Under the pieces are notes generated by a model. That model was not told where the DNA came from and did not search any database. It was given only the letters and a program-made list of their open reading frames with translations. A program made the translations under genes and the position numbers. 64,000 bases of DNA from Trichoplax adhaerens (lineage: Eukaryota > Animalia > Placozoa): NCBI RefSeq assembly GCF_000150275.1, contig NW_002060945.1, forward strand, positions 6,259,246 to 6,323,245, given 5' to 3'. Shown piece after piece: positions 40,311 through 53,500 of the stretch (position 1 is the first letter of the stretch; each line of letters begins with the position of its first letter).

Positions 40311-43300
40311 CACTAATTAAAAAAAGGATGGCTGCTTAATATCATTTCATCATGATTATAGCATCATTATTTATGGGATATTGAATCGATGGCAATAATA
40401 TAATTGTATCCCTGTGTATTTTTGAAAACAAATCAAACCTTCCAAAACATTTGTAGTGCTGGTATTTGATACTGATGTCTCATCAATTTTAATTGAAATC
40501 AACATTCTTGATGAAATAGCCTCACCAGATAATGTCTGTAATTTATGTCAAAATGATTGCTTTTTATTTGTAATCATATCGATGACAAAATATATTCTAA
40601 TTATAATTGAATACATGGATACAAACTCAGTGTTGATCTATTCAAGAAACATTTTACAGTACTTTTAAAGTCTGATTATATTCTTTGCATTCTTGAATCG
40701 GAGACTGTTGCTAAGTAATTATAACTTTATTGAAGCTATGTGCAAACGAATTTAATTCTGTGTTTGCTTGATAATGCATTTTAATATAGTATCTAATATA
40801 TTTTTATTGGTTCGCTTGAAGCTAAACAATTAATATGTGATACAAACCTGTAGCAGAATGATTTTTAAACTATTTTTCGTCCAATATTGACGGTCATAAA
40901 TGTACATTTATATTATTATGTCAGTATACTTCAGTATAATGATCAGTAGGATTATATAAATCATTAAAATGATGATAGCAAATAATTAGTTCTCATTTGA
41001 TTTATTCCAATATTTAAATAATTATCCTTATCGCACTAATTGCGAATAGCGTGCTAACATCTAATTGAGTATTTGATCTATTTCAATTATAACGCTAAAT
41101 TAAAAACAAGATTTTATCTATAAGCGATTACTTTTACTGTTGAAATTTCTTGTAAAGTCATAAATTCATTTTCAGAATGATTATAAATTTCAATAAGAAA
41201 ATTAGCTCGATAATGAGTACTGTAACCAATGTTGTAACAAATCAAATAATATAATTATAAGAGAATATTGACAGATGATATGACCATGCAACGAATAATT
41301 TGTTAGCTGATCGAGCTTTAATTTTGTATCTTTGATCATTCATTAATTAAATTCTTAGCTTGCTGCGGACTCTAATGCTTGAACCTAGGAATTTTGCTGC
41401 TTTAAATTAGTTTTACTGATCGTTAATTCTTTATATGTGCACTAACTGTGACAAGGGATCCAATGCTTATTCACTTGCTTTCCGATTTCGCATTTATTGG
41501 ATAAAATACCAAATACAATCTGTCTAATCGTGATTATCGAAAATATAAGTAACTGATTTATTTTTACTCTTATAAATTGTTATAGACTCCTTAATACTTT
41601 TTTATCATATGCGATTAACATCAGGCATATTGATAATAAAGAAGAACTCAAATTAGTATTTAGATATTGAGATTATTATGTTAAATTATTTATTGATTAT
41701 TGCATTAATCACATCCAAGTTTCATGTTTCATACTCGTGACTTTGTATTTACTGCATCTATCTATCTTTTATGCTTATAATTACACTGATAATCGTAATT
41801 ATTAAAGTCAGCACGATTAAAATTTTTAGTTTCATTCTAATATTTTTCCATTACAAAATAGCCATACTTTGATGAACTTTTACAGCTTTACCCTATAATT
41901 GTATTGATAGGGTGTTTCACTACTTACCACTTAATATTAATTGTAATTTAATGAATACTAGCAATATTAGCATTCATTTATAATCATAAAGATAGGTTGA
42001 GATCATTTCTGTTAATGTATATTAAGATCGTAAATTTAATTTACCATCGATCTTCAATTTTATTTCATGACCAAATTATACAGTATAAAATTCTTTTATT
42101 AATTGAGAAATAAAAGCATTGATAAATTAATCATCAAATTATTGTTCCTAAACCTTGGTCTTATGGCTATTAGAGACGCTGATCTTTCTTATCTTAGTAT
42201 CATGTTCTAGTTGATTTATTTTATTTATTGAAGTAGAACGTAAAGACTTTTATGATGCTAAAATACCATGAACTGTAAATTCATAGATGGGATTGTAGAT
42301 CGGACTAGGTCGGACTATTAAAAGGTTTTAGTGATATTTATACTAGGTTTCTGTCATAACTATAGTATTTCGTATTATTATATTGTTTAGCTACTTTCTA
42401 AATTTGAATGGGTAATTTTAGAATGAATGTTATCCGTAGATAGTGTCTAGAAACCCTATTAAAATTATAGTGGAAGTAAAGATAGATTATATCTTAGAAC
42501 TACTATAATTTACAGGATTAGACTAAATTTTTAGGACATCCTGAATGAAACATTTTGGACGCGCTGGCGTTTAAGCTTGAAAAAAATTACTAAAATTGTA
42601 ACCTTTATGCTATCACTCTAATAATAATAATGCTAAAGTTCTATTTAAGCCAGCATATCTTGCTTAATAAATGATGAGGAGTTTTCTTTGATTTCTTCGT
42701 GTGAAGAATCATCCACTGAAGTTGGCAGGGGCCTTATGGGTAACATAGTTCCTTTGTAGTAGATTGCCTAGCGACTATAAATTAGATTCGTTTTAGGGAT
42801 GCTAATATCGATGAAGCGGTATCGAGTTATAGTGATAGTATAGAAATTACTTTCCTACATCGTGTTGCTGTGTTATGACTGATCCCAGTTTGTAACAGTA
42901 CTAAGCACCTAGTACAATATATATTTATAATTAATTTTAATCTCATAAACCGAACAATTTAACTAATGAAAAGTCAAAAATAGATAAATAATTACATCTT
43001 CTATCTATTGATGTGGCTTTAAATTTTGTCTGGTATAATCTGCTATAGGATTCAATCTTAGGCCGTGTTATTGGGCTTATTTATGTCTGCAAACATAGAA
43101 CAGTAGAATACCAATATGAAATACTAAGAATATTGCGTATTGCCATTCTATAGTTCTATGTTTCATATTTTTGTACAACATATACAGTTATTGCTGTAAT
43201 TGTCTGCTAATTACATCTTATAAGTAATAATTTTACGATTATAATGAAATACATTTAATACGCCTACAAAGAAACTATAATAATATTATGACTCATATAC

Positions 43301-44575
43301 TGTATGAGAAACATGGTCGGTAAAGCAATAAGGCTAGAATTGTTTTCCATACATGAGGGCTATTTTCGTGTACGGTTCCCAATTACTATCTATTGTATCT
43401 ATTTGTATTTTTATTCTGTTCCAATTTTAAATTCTAGTTCTATTTACTATCTATTTCTTAAGGTTAAGTGATGGAAGCTGATTTATTTTATACTGTAAAA
43501 AACTAACTGCTAAAATTTGTAGCCAACTTCGGTCAAACCAAGAATATAAAACTGTTCATACAAGAATTATAATAATATTAAGAGAAACAATACTGGCAGT
43601 TAACGGGGTAACAAGGCGTAGTTTATGAATGACACAGCAAAGATGCCTGTTATATCCATTGATGTAGCCATTCTATTTCAGTATATGAATAACGGTAACA
43701 TCTATCAGCAGATATACTGTATTAAGGTCTTGCTCTTAGAACTTAGTATGAGTAGCCTAATTTATAGGTAAGTCCGATACCTTATTATCTTGTAGTGTAC
43801 AGACAAAGTGCTGTAGTGCAAAGTTAGGTTAAGCTAATTAGTTGGTAAGCCGATTAACGTCGCAGCTTACCATATTGTAGCAGTACCAAACTAAAGTAGA
43901 CCGCTATCTTTGGTCTTAACATAAAGGCCATTGTGATGTGAAGGCTATAGATTGAAAAAGAATACTACGATAGATGGTAGCAAAGCCAAGTTGAAATTAT
44001 TGCTATAATAGTAATAAGAATGAATTGATTTCATATGTTTTCTTTCTGGTGAGTTATTTTTATTAGCGTCTCAAATATTGTCTCTTATACCTTCAGTTTC
44101 GCATTAAGTATGTTATGCATATAAAACTATCCCTAGTGCTCTAGTAAGGAAGGTCAAAATAGTGCTTCTCATAGGATCAGATCATCTTAAAAGAAGATGA
44201 ACTTAAGTGATTATTCTAAACTGTATACGATCGATGACGGAATGAAATGGCGATTACCAGATGGTAAAACATAAGCTTTCCTTTTAATGAAATTATCCGT
44301 GTAATTATATCTTATTTAATACATTGTTAAAAATTGTATTGAATAATGAATAATTCATTTTTCACTGATCAATATAGCTTTTACAGAATTGATTGCTTTC
44401 GTTGTATTAGTATCCTAAATAATTTCAAGTTCAATTTAAAACGAAATATCATTTAATTGTAACGTTAGCAAACAAGTTAAAATATTCTCAATTTTTAACT
44501 CTCTTATTTTTCCGAATCATACAAAAGATCCACCTTACATCTACTTGGTGTATCAGCTGGTATTGTCTTAGAAAG

Positions 44576-47500
44576 ATGGCAAATACCAATCCAGAGCTTG
44601 TAAATGATGGATTTAGCCAAAAAGATGTGAAACAGAATTTTCGAGAATCTCTTACACCAGTAAAAAATCTCGATTATGCAATGTCAAACAGTGATGAAAA
44701 CAGAACTGATGTAGACACTGGTAAAAAGGATGCAGTAAAAGTCGACGAAGACGATATTGAGGAATCTAAAAGATTAATTATAGAACAGATTAAAATTGAA
44801 GGACTAATCGATGTTTATGTGCAAGATATCGATCCTGAACAAGAAAATGTATGCCGCTAGAAAATAGTAGACTGATTTTGAACAGTACTTTAATATCACA
44901 TTTTAGTAATAATTAAAGTTTAGATGACATTAAACAACGAAATAATGCTAAGTAGATGTCAATTTGTGCAAGTTGTATACATCTAACAAGTTATTTTTTT
45001 CGACCGTTAGATTATCGAATGATTATAGTATTAGTGCCAAATTAAGTTGATATTTCTTAGCCCTTCGTATTGTACTTGTATTCTTTTAGAACATGGCATA
45101 AAGTCCACATTGTAGTGATATCAGTAACGAATTGAAGTGATATCAAGTTTAGCTTAGATATGATGTGCTTATCTCTCATGTGATGAGATACGAAATAAGT
45201 AGAGCTTATCAAGAAGATTGATGGTAGCATTTGTACTATGAATAATTAAAATTGACTATTTCAAATTAATTACACTCATACTTGTTGATATAAATTTGCG
45301 ATATCTGGGAAACGTTATACAGTAGTAATTATATTAAAAATGACTTTAAGTTAGTATTATCTAATGGCTATCTAAAAGGAATACTTATGTCCAGATTAAA
45401 TTCCTTTTTACAGCCAGTGATAGGAAAGTGCTACAAAGCTTTATTTTAAAAGCTTTCAAATAGTTTAAAATTCAATCATTTAAAAACTGCGCAATCCTAA
45501 TCTACGTGTATATCTATTTCTTGCTTATATAGCCTTCTAACTACAAATTTTCTATTAATTAAAATGAAGTATACGCGTATAAAGCGAAATTTTCCTTTAA
45601 AAATTTTATTGATAAAAAATAATACACTTTTTAACATTGTAATATTCAAAATGCTTCAACTGAAGAAATTAGCTATTTTCTACTGTATTTTACTAGACAT
45701 TTTGTATACTACGGAAGAGAATGGGAGAGTACCAGATGCATCGATTTAGTTCAAACCAATCGTTGTACTTTTTAGATCCAAGTAACTGCTTAAGGAAGGC
45801 CGCAATAACTATCACAACAAGTCAGTATCCTTTATAAAACGTTGAAAATACTTTTATAATCAAAATATAATCGAATCAAACCGAAATTTCTATCAATTAA
45901 AGTGGTCTTGTATATTCTATCTTACTGGTATCACACGGCAATAATAATTTTAAAATCTTTGTTAACATTATTTCTTAGCTAAATAATCATATGCAACGTA
46001 TAAGTCTTCTTTTTGTCCAGCATCTTGTTATTGTAATCAGTATGTTGGGTTAAATCTAATTGTTGAAGTAGCAATTATTAAAAGTGAGTGTTAGAATGTC
46101 AATCAATTCGATATATTCAACCGCTGCGAATTGTCTAACGCAAAATAACAATATATAAACAGCTACACTAAAACTACTATTTGCCAAAGAAAGTAAAAAA
46201 TATCTTAGGTTATGATATTGTTTATACGAAAACGTTCATTTGGCATACATCAATTTGAGTGGCGATGTTATAATTGTATTTAATTTTAAATTATGCTTGT
46301 TAGCATTTTTCGCTACCATTAAAAAAAGAAATATTTTCCTTAAAATAACTCAATAGATATTTTGAAATGACATTAATATTAGTGATATTAGCCAATTGTA
46401 TATTTGTTGCGTTTCCCACTCAAAAATCAGATATAAACGCTTTATCGGATATGGAATATGTATCGTAAGTACTTCTATGATTGAACTAGTTTATTTTACT
46501 ATTTCATATATTAACTTATTTTCGTCGCGCGGATGATGGTAATTCTAGCAATTTATTTTCTTGATAGATAGACTAGATCTAGTGAAATATAACTTTTCTT
46601 TTGTATGTCCTAATAGAATTGGTTTCAATGTATTCTACACAATTGAAATGTTGTTGAAGATTGTTGCTAGAGGATTTATTTCTCATCAATTTGCCTATTT
46701 ACGAGATCCTTGGAATTGGTTAGATTTCTTTATTGTTATAATGGGGTAAGTTGAGTTCGTAAATAATGATAGAAGAATTTTCTAATAAGGTAACATTAAA
46801 TTAAACGTTGTCTAGTCAAGCAGTTACGCGTATTAAATTGGAATAGTATATACGTTTATTATAACAGATGAACTGTCTATAGTTGGGTTCAGCATTAACG
46901 TTTCGAGTATCCATTGATTATTATCACAGCTAAAAATTTATATCGTAGCAAGTATGGGTATCTATCTTAGCATAGAATTAGTTGGTAGTATTTAATAAAG
47001 ATATGATTTTGCGGCTGTTGCATGTAATTCTTGGCCTGAAATATGATTAAGAGAAACGGCGTGTCTTAATTGCGGTTACTTTGATTTCATGCTATTAAGG
47101 TGCTGCAAACGGTATTGACTAGAATAGATATGATTAGTAGAACTATAATATAGAAGTAATAACAACAGATCTTCCAAAATAGCCCTATTTTGATCTAGAA
47201 TTACAACATAAAAACCAAACAGAAATGACATGAGCAATATAGTAATAGTAAGACTATTACTCCGTCATTACAACTCTAAAATTTGCAATTAAGTTAAAAT
47301 TTATAAAATGATTGAAAGTATTTTCGAACATAATGCTTATAAAGATTTGATTTAATAACTACTATCATGATTTTAACTGTGGAATAAGATTTAATCAATT
47401 TTACATTTTTAGTCGTTTTGTTGCTATACTATTAAAAGAAATTATGAAGGAAATAGTCATCCTTGAGGGACTGTAATTATATAATTATGGCAAATTTCAG

Positions 47501-50500
47501 TTATATCGCAGTACATACTAGATATTATTCCTAGTTTTACAGTTTGATCTAATTTGTGAGATTATTTCTTATGGCTTGATATAACATTTGTAATAAAATG
47601 TTAGCATGATACTTGTAAGTAAATACGGCAGAAAATGATACCAAATTAATTTTAACTAAATTGTTGCGGTATAATATATATCGACAGGAAATTAAAGTTT
47701 TAATTGATTTGATTTTAATAATTATAGATATTTAACATTGCTTCCAAATGCCATACCTAGTATAAGTTCAGTCCGGGTTTTGCGAGCAATAAGAATGATT
47801 ACGGCGATAAAAGGTATAACGCAAAAGTATCTATAGATCAAATTTCTTTAGTTTTGCATAAAAATCTTATTATAAAATTAGAGATTGAATATTTAAATTA
47901 ATCTGTTTAGGGTTAAAGACTATCGTCAATGCAGTTATCCATTCCATGAATATGTTGGCCAATGTTTTATCATTGACACTTTTATTTTTAACCGGATTTG
48001 CTTTGCTGGGTGTTCAGTTATTTATGGGAGTTTTATCCAGAAAATGTATCAAGCAAAGATTCGATTTTAACGCAACTTATAACAGTTCAAAAGCATTTAA
48101 CGATTATATTACTAATTCCAGTAAATAAATTAAAATTTTTAATTTTTAAAATATTTATATTGACGCAAATTACTATGGCTTTGATCTAAACCGTTGATAT
48201 TTACTGATATATGTAATAATCTTCATTTTAATGTATATTTTAAACAGAAAATTGGGTTACTTCTGGAACGGAAAGTTCAATTATTTGTGGGAATGATAGC
48301 TTTACCAGGTTGAACTAGTTGATGTTGCATTGATATTTTACCAAATTTGCTAGATTTAGCAGTGCTTCATCTATTTCTGATGAGAACTGAATTCAGTTTA
48401 TATATAGATTTTATAAGAAATCGAATAAGCTAAAATTCAGTGATGAATCCACTTTACTGACTGGATTGATATTTCATTCTTTACATCTATATTTTTAGTC
48501 AGTTATAATTAGCTGTAATGTATCAATCTGACTTAGCTATATCTGTAATCGTAGAATATAGCTTAAGTAGATAATAGTATTAGAAACACTCATAATAAAT
48601 GCTTAAATTGATGATGACAATGATAATTGTTTCTATAAGCTTTTCAGTCGTTCATAAATATTTGAAGAAAAAGGTTCAAATTCAAATTACTAAATTTCAC
48701 GTTTCATAGTGTTTCTCAAATGTTACTATTTGATGTACGATTGCTAGTATTAAACAGTATTTCTTTGATTATAAAATACCATTATTTCCAATAAATTGGC
48801 AAAAGACTAATTTCATTCTTTTTTCTGATCTTGCTTTTGATATAATATGTAGACAATGTGATTATATTCAAAAAGGTTCTGTATGCTATCAAGATGCATT
48901 CCCCAATCCTGGAAATTTAACAAACTACGATACTTTTCCGACATCATTACTTGTCTGCTTTCAGATTACATCTCAAGATGCTTGGGATGAAGATTACAGA
49001 TCGGTAAAGCTATTTTATAGCTTTATAATTTATTTCCGTGATTAGAATATCTGTAATCGTATAATCGTTTACCGAGCTTTAGCTACACATCAAGCGAGGG
49101 ATCTACTAGTAATAGTAGAAAAGGAAAAAACAATTTTGTTTAATTTATTTTACGATTGTTAGAGAAAATGTGCAAGTTTGGAAAGATTTTTGCGAAATGT
49201 GTATATGCTAAATTTTATTTACTTCTTTTTCTATCTTACTGCTGATGGCAATCACTAAAAATCTGAATAGATCATTAGCGCTCTTGGACCATACTACATC
49301 CCATTTTTTATATTTATTCTATTTTTTGGCACTTATTATGTGCTAAATCTTGTGCTGGCTGTCATTGCTTTGGCTTATAATAAGGAAGTTCGATTAATGG
49401 AAGATCAGGCAAGTATTATTTCCTTGATGACTCAGAAGCTTGATCTGATTTATTATTCTGAAAATTACTATCTTTATACGATGAAGATACTCAAAGACCA
49501 TAAACGTAATTTATTATCGTTAATACATTATCTAGCGTTTAGTTTTAGTTTTTGTTTCTTTCCATCCATTTACTAAAGAGTAATTGCTGTTTAACAGAGC
49601 TCGTTTCTATTAAGGAAAGTTGTACTTTGCTGTTCATTAATACTATTAGTTTTTCTAATATCAATTTTAACAGTGCAATTTTAAATATATCGATAGAGCG
49701 TTCATTACATTTGCGGAGTAATTATTAACTCTGCTTATTCTTATTTAAGCTATGAAATACGTAATATTATTAACACCCTACAAGATTGGCTAGTTGTTAA
49801 TACTATCCTATAAGTTCTGGACTCCTATCTTTGATACTAGATATGCTAAATTTTAGTGATAGATGAGTCTACTTATTTTAGTAGCAGCAATTTTATTCCT
49901 TATATAAATAGTATTGCTGTTAACCACGCTATGAAACTAGTTAATTAACACACAATCTAACAAATTTAGACTTTTCTCCAACTTGACAAAATAGCTGCTT
50001 ACCTCTTAAATACTACTTTAAGAATACTCTATATAAAGCAATCATTTAAATCACAATTTATATATCTATTTCATTTACCTTTATAATAGAACGCTAGTAA
50101 ATTCAATCGTTTAAGAGCATCCAGAGGCCAATCTTCCTTCACATTTTATCCTGATACCGTCCCTAAACGATGGCATGCAAGAACAGTTCATGTTAATGTT
50201 TTAGAGTTATTGCCACGTGGATTTTCTGCAGCAAGACGACGTATTGATTTAAACCTCCGTCATAACTACGATGAAGAACTAGCACCACCGGATGCTTATG
50301 CTCGAAATGAAGATTTAGGCCAAACCGATAATGGACTATCTCCAATATCGTTACATAATGCATCTACTAAGAATCAACATAATAATATTGGGTTTACCGA
50401 TGAAGAAGGCTGCATAACTGAACATAATGATGGACCATTGCAGGGAGATAGGGCAAATTGCCACGATCTAGATCAAGGCAAAGTAAAGAATGGAATCGAC

Positions 50501-53500
50501 ACGTTGAATTCAAGACGTGACGAGGAGGAAACTAATGAGATAAATCGAATGGAGAATCATGATTTGCTTCCAGTTAACATCGATGTTGTAGTTTGTGAGA
50601 AGTATATCGAAGAGGAAGATAGTAAAGCTAAAGAAATGAAAATGACAGATGAAGATGCTAGCAAAAATTTATATCCCAAGTCGGCCAAATTGAATAAAAT
50701 AAAGGAAGGAGAAATTAACACTGTACAAATCAGCCCTGATTCTGGTAATAATAATGAAAATCGTAATCACTTCAACGTAGTTTTAAAGGAATTGCAGGAA
50801 TATCATACTAACCGTACTCAAGGTCGCCAAGACAAGTTAGGAAGTACTGAGTTGTCGTCATCACTTAAGAAAGCTGCTACGAAAATCGATCAAAATCACG
50901 GTAATCGACCATCTAATAGAATTATCTTATTGAAGTCTATTTAGTTATTTACTCTAAGTATTTGTTTTGCTAATAATATTAATAGTACTTATTATCAATA
51001 AATAAGATGTAGAAGATGCAGGAAAAGGTTTAGATGGTGCTGTAGCAAGACGAGATCTGCGAATAAGTGTACGTGTTGCTAAAACTTCAACGATAAAATC
51101 AAAGCATGTTGAAGTATTACTACCACCTCCATCAGTTGGTAAGGTCTTGACTATTTTACCATATTAATCCATTAGTACTCAATAATGCTGTCCGCTTCAC
51201 TGGATTTAGTTCGGTTATTTATCATGATTGATTGATGGGCAAATGTTTTTTACATGTAGAATCAGGAGAAGTAAAATCACTTGATGGTCATAATACGAAG
51301 GATAAAAGTGAAGATGATCAAAATTTGTCATGTTTTGGTCGTTTTCGCAAGAGATTAAGAAGTATATTCTTAAGTCCACTATACGAACCTGCTATGGAAA
51401 TTTTTGTTATTATTGATTCGACAGTAATGGCGCTTTACATACCTCTTGATGATAAATCTCAATGGAGAATTATAACAATTTACGTAAGTAAGATAGGTTA
51501 TTATTGGAATCTTGAATTATCAAATGATGAGTACATTGGTATACTAGCGGTTATTGATGGTAGTAATCTTCCTCTCTTCAATATCGTTTCTCCACTAAAC
51601 ATGTACTTAAGTCTATAATATTGTTTCCAGCCTCACACTTAATCAGAAAGAGCTACGAATATTCAGATTGTTACTGTTATTGACTCACCAATTAAGGATT
51701 AACTGTATAAATTAATTTCTTCAACGTACGTTACTTGTTACTCAGTTTTATGATGCCTAATTGATACCATAGCTCATTTGACGCCTGGAGAGCTCTTACA
51801 GGTCTTACAAATCAAATAATTTCATGATAAGCGGAAAAATTAGTTTCTTCAACGCTCTCTCACGGCAGCTGTTTCTCAATTTTATGACATCTGATTGATG
51901 TTTGACGTATGGAAGTTTTTGTAGCGCTTACTTATTAAATAATTTCATGATAACTGTATAAACCAATTTCTTAAACGGCACTCTCACGGTATTTAATACT
52001 CTATTTTATGATACCTAATTGATGCCATAGTTCTTTTGACGCATGAAGAATTTTTATAGGTCTGACTAATCAGATAGTTTCATGATAATAACTCCAATCA
52101 GAGAACATATGGCACATTTCTGCAAATGATGTGAACTTGACCTGTTCGATATGGAAAGGTCCTACAATGGACTAAACCTGTAAAGAATGATCTACGAATA
52201 AAAAAATTAACATGGATTTTAATGTTGCTAGGTCTTATCCGGTATATTTGTCATGGAAACCGTGTTGAAACTGATCGCTCACAGACCACGCCAGTTTATT
52301 AAAAGCAAATGGGACATTTTTGATACTTTAATCACCCTACCAACATTAGCGCAAGCGATTTTGTTGATTACAGGCGTTAAAGAGACGGAATGGATTATAG
52401 CTGCCTTAGTTACTCTTCGAGTCGTAAGTAACTATGCGAATTGATTTATATACTAATAGTAACAGCGTAGTTTTAAAATAGTAACAGTGATAAATTACTA
52501 TCCTAAGAAAGTCTAGATAATATAAGCTAACTCGAATAATTTAAGGATTGGTAGGATAATCGCACTGTAGGTTAAATTGTTAGGTACACATACCGGCATT
52601 TGTCGAAGAATACGTTTAAGTATACTTATATAAGTGCAAAAGAGAAATTAACTTCTAGTGTAGTCCTCCGAATAAATGATATTGTAGGTTAAATTATTAG
52701 GTAGACGTACGCGCCGAGAAATACATGTATGTGTACTTATAGAAGTACAAGAATGAAATTTGCCTGTAGCACGCTCTCAAAATAGATTATGTCTCAGGTT
52801 AGATTGTTAGGTATACGTATATGCCGAGGAATATACGTATGTGTACTTATTTAAGTGCTAATGCTCAATTTTGTCCGTGGCGCACTCTCAAATAGATTAT
52901 GTCGTAGATTATATTGTTAGGTACAAGTACGGTATTTGCTGAGGAACGTATGTGCACTTATATAAATAAAAAAGTGAAATTTGCCTGTGGTGCAGCCCTC
53001 AAAATAGATTATGCTGTAGATTAGATTGTTAGAAATACGTACATACCGACGAAATCTATGTATGCTTATATAAATGCAAAAGCTAAATTTAGCTGTGGCG
53101 CACTCTTAAAATAGACTATGCCGTAGGTTAGATTGTTAGTTAGGTTTACGTATATGACAACGAAATCTACGTGTACCTATGCAAGCGCAAAAGCTAAATT
53201 TGCCTGTGATGCAGCCCTCAATGTAGATTACGTTATAGGCTAGATTATTAGGTATGAGTACATGCTAAGGAGTATATGCGCACTTATGCAGGCACAAAAG
53301 CGAAATTCATTTATATTACAGCCTCAAAGTGGATCATACTGTACGTTAGGTGGCAAGGTAGTGAAGGTTCTGTTGAAACCCGATCCCGGCAATTATACAT
53401 AATAGCCGGCTAAAGCTCGAAATAAAAGTAAAAGTATTAGGATTGCAATATTTTTGCTCTTACTTCAAACTTTAGCCGGCTATGGTAATGCTATATATTC

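Noticed and set aside
52560-53350. CRISPR-like regular spacing
   Set aside because: Whole units are homologous and degenerate with no unique spacers; eukaryotic intron with no cas genes.
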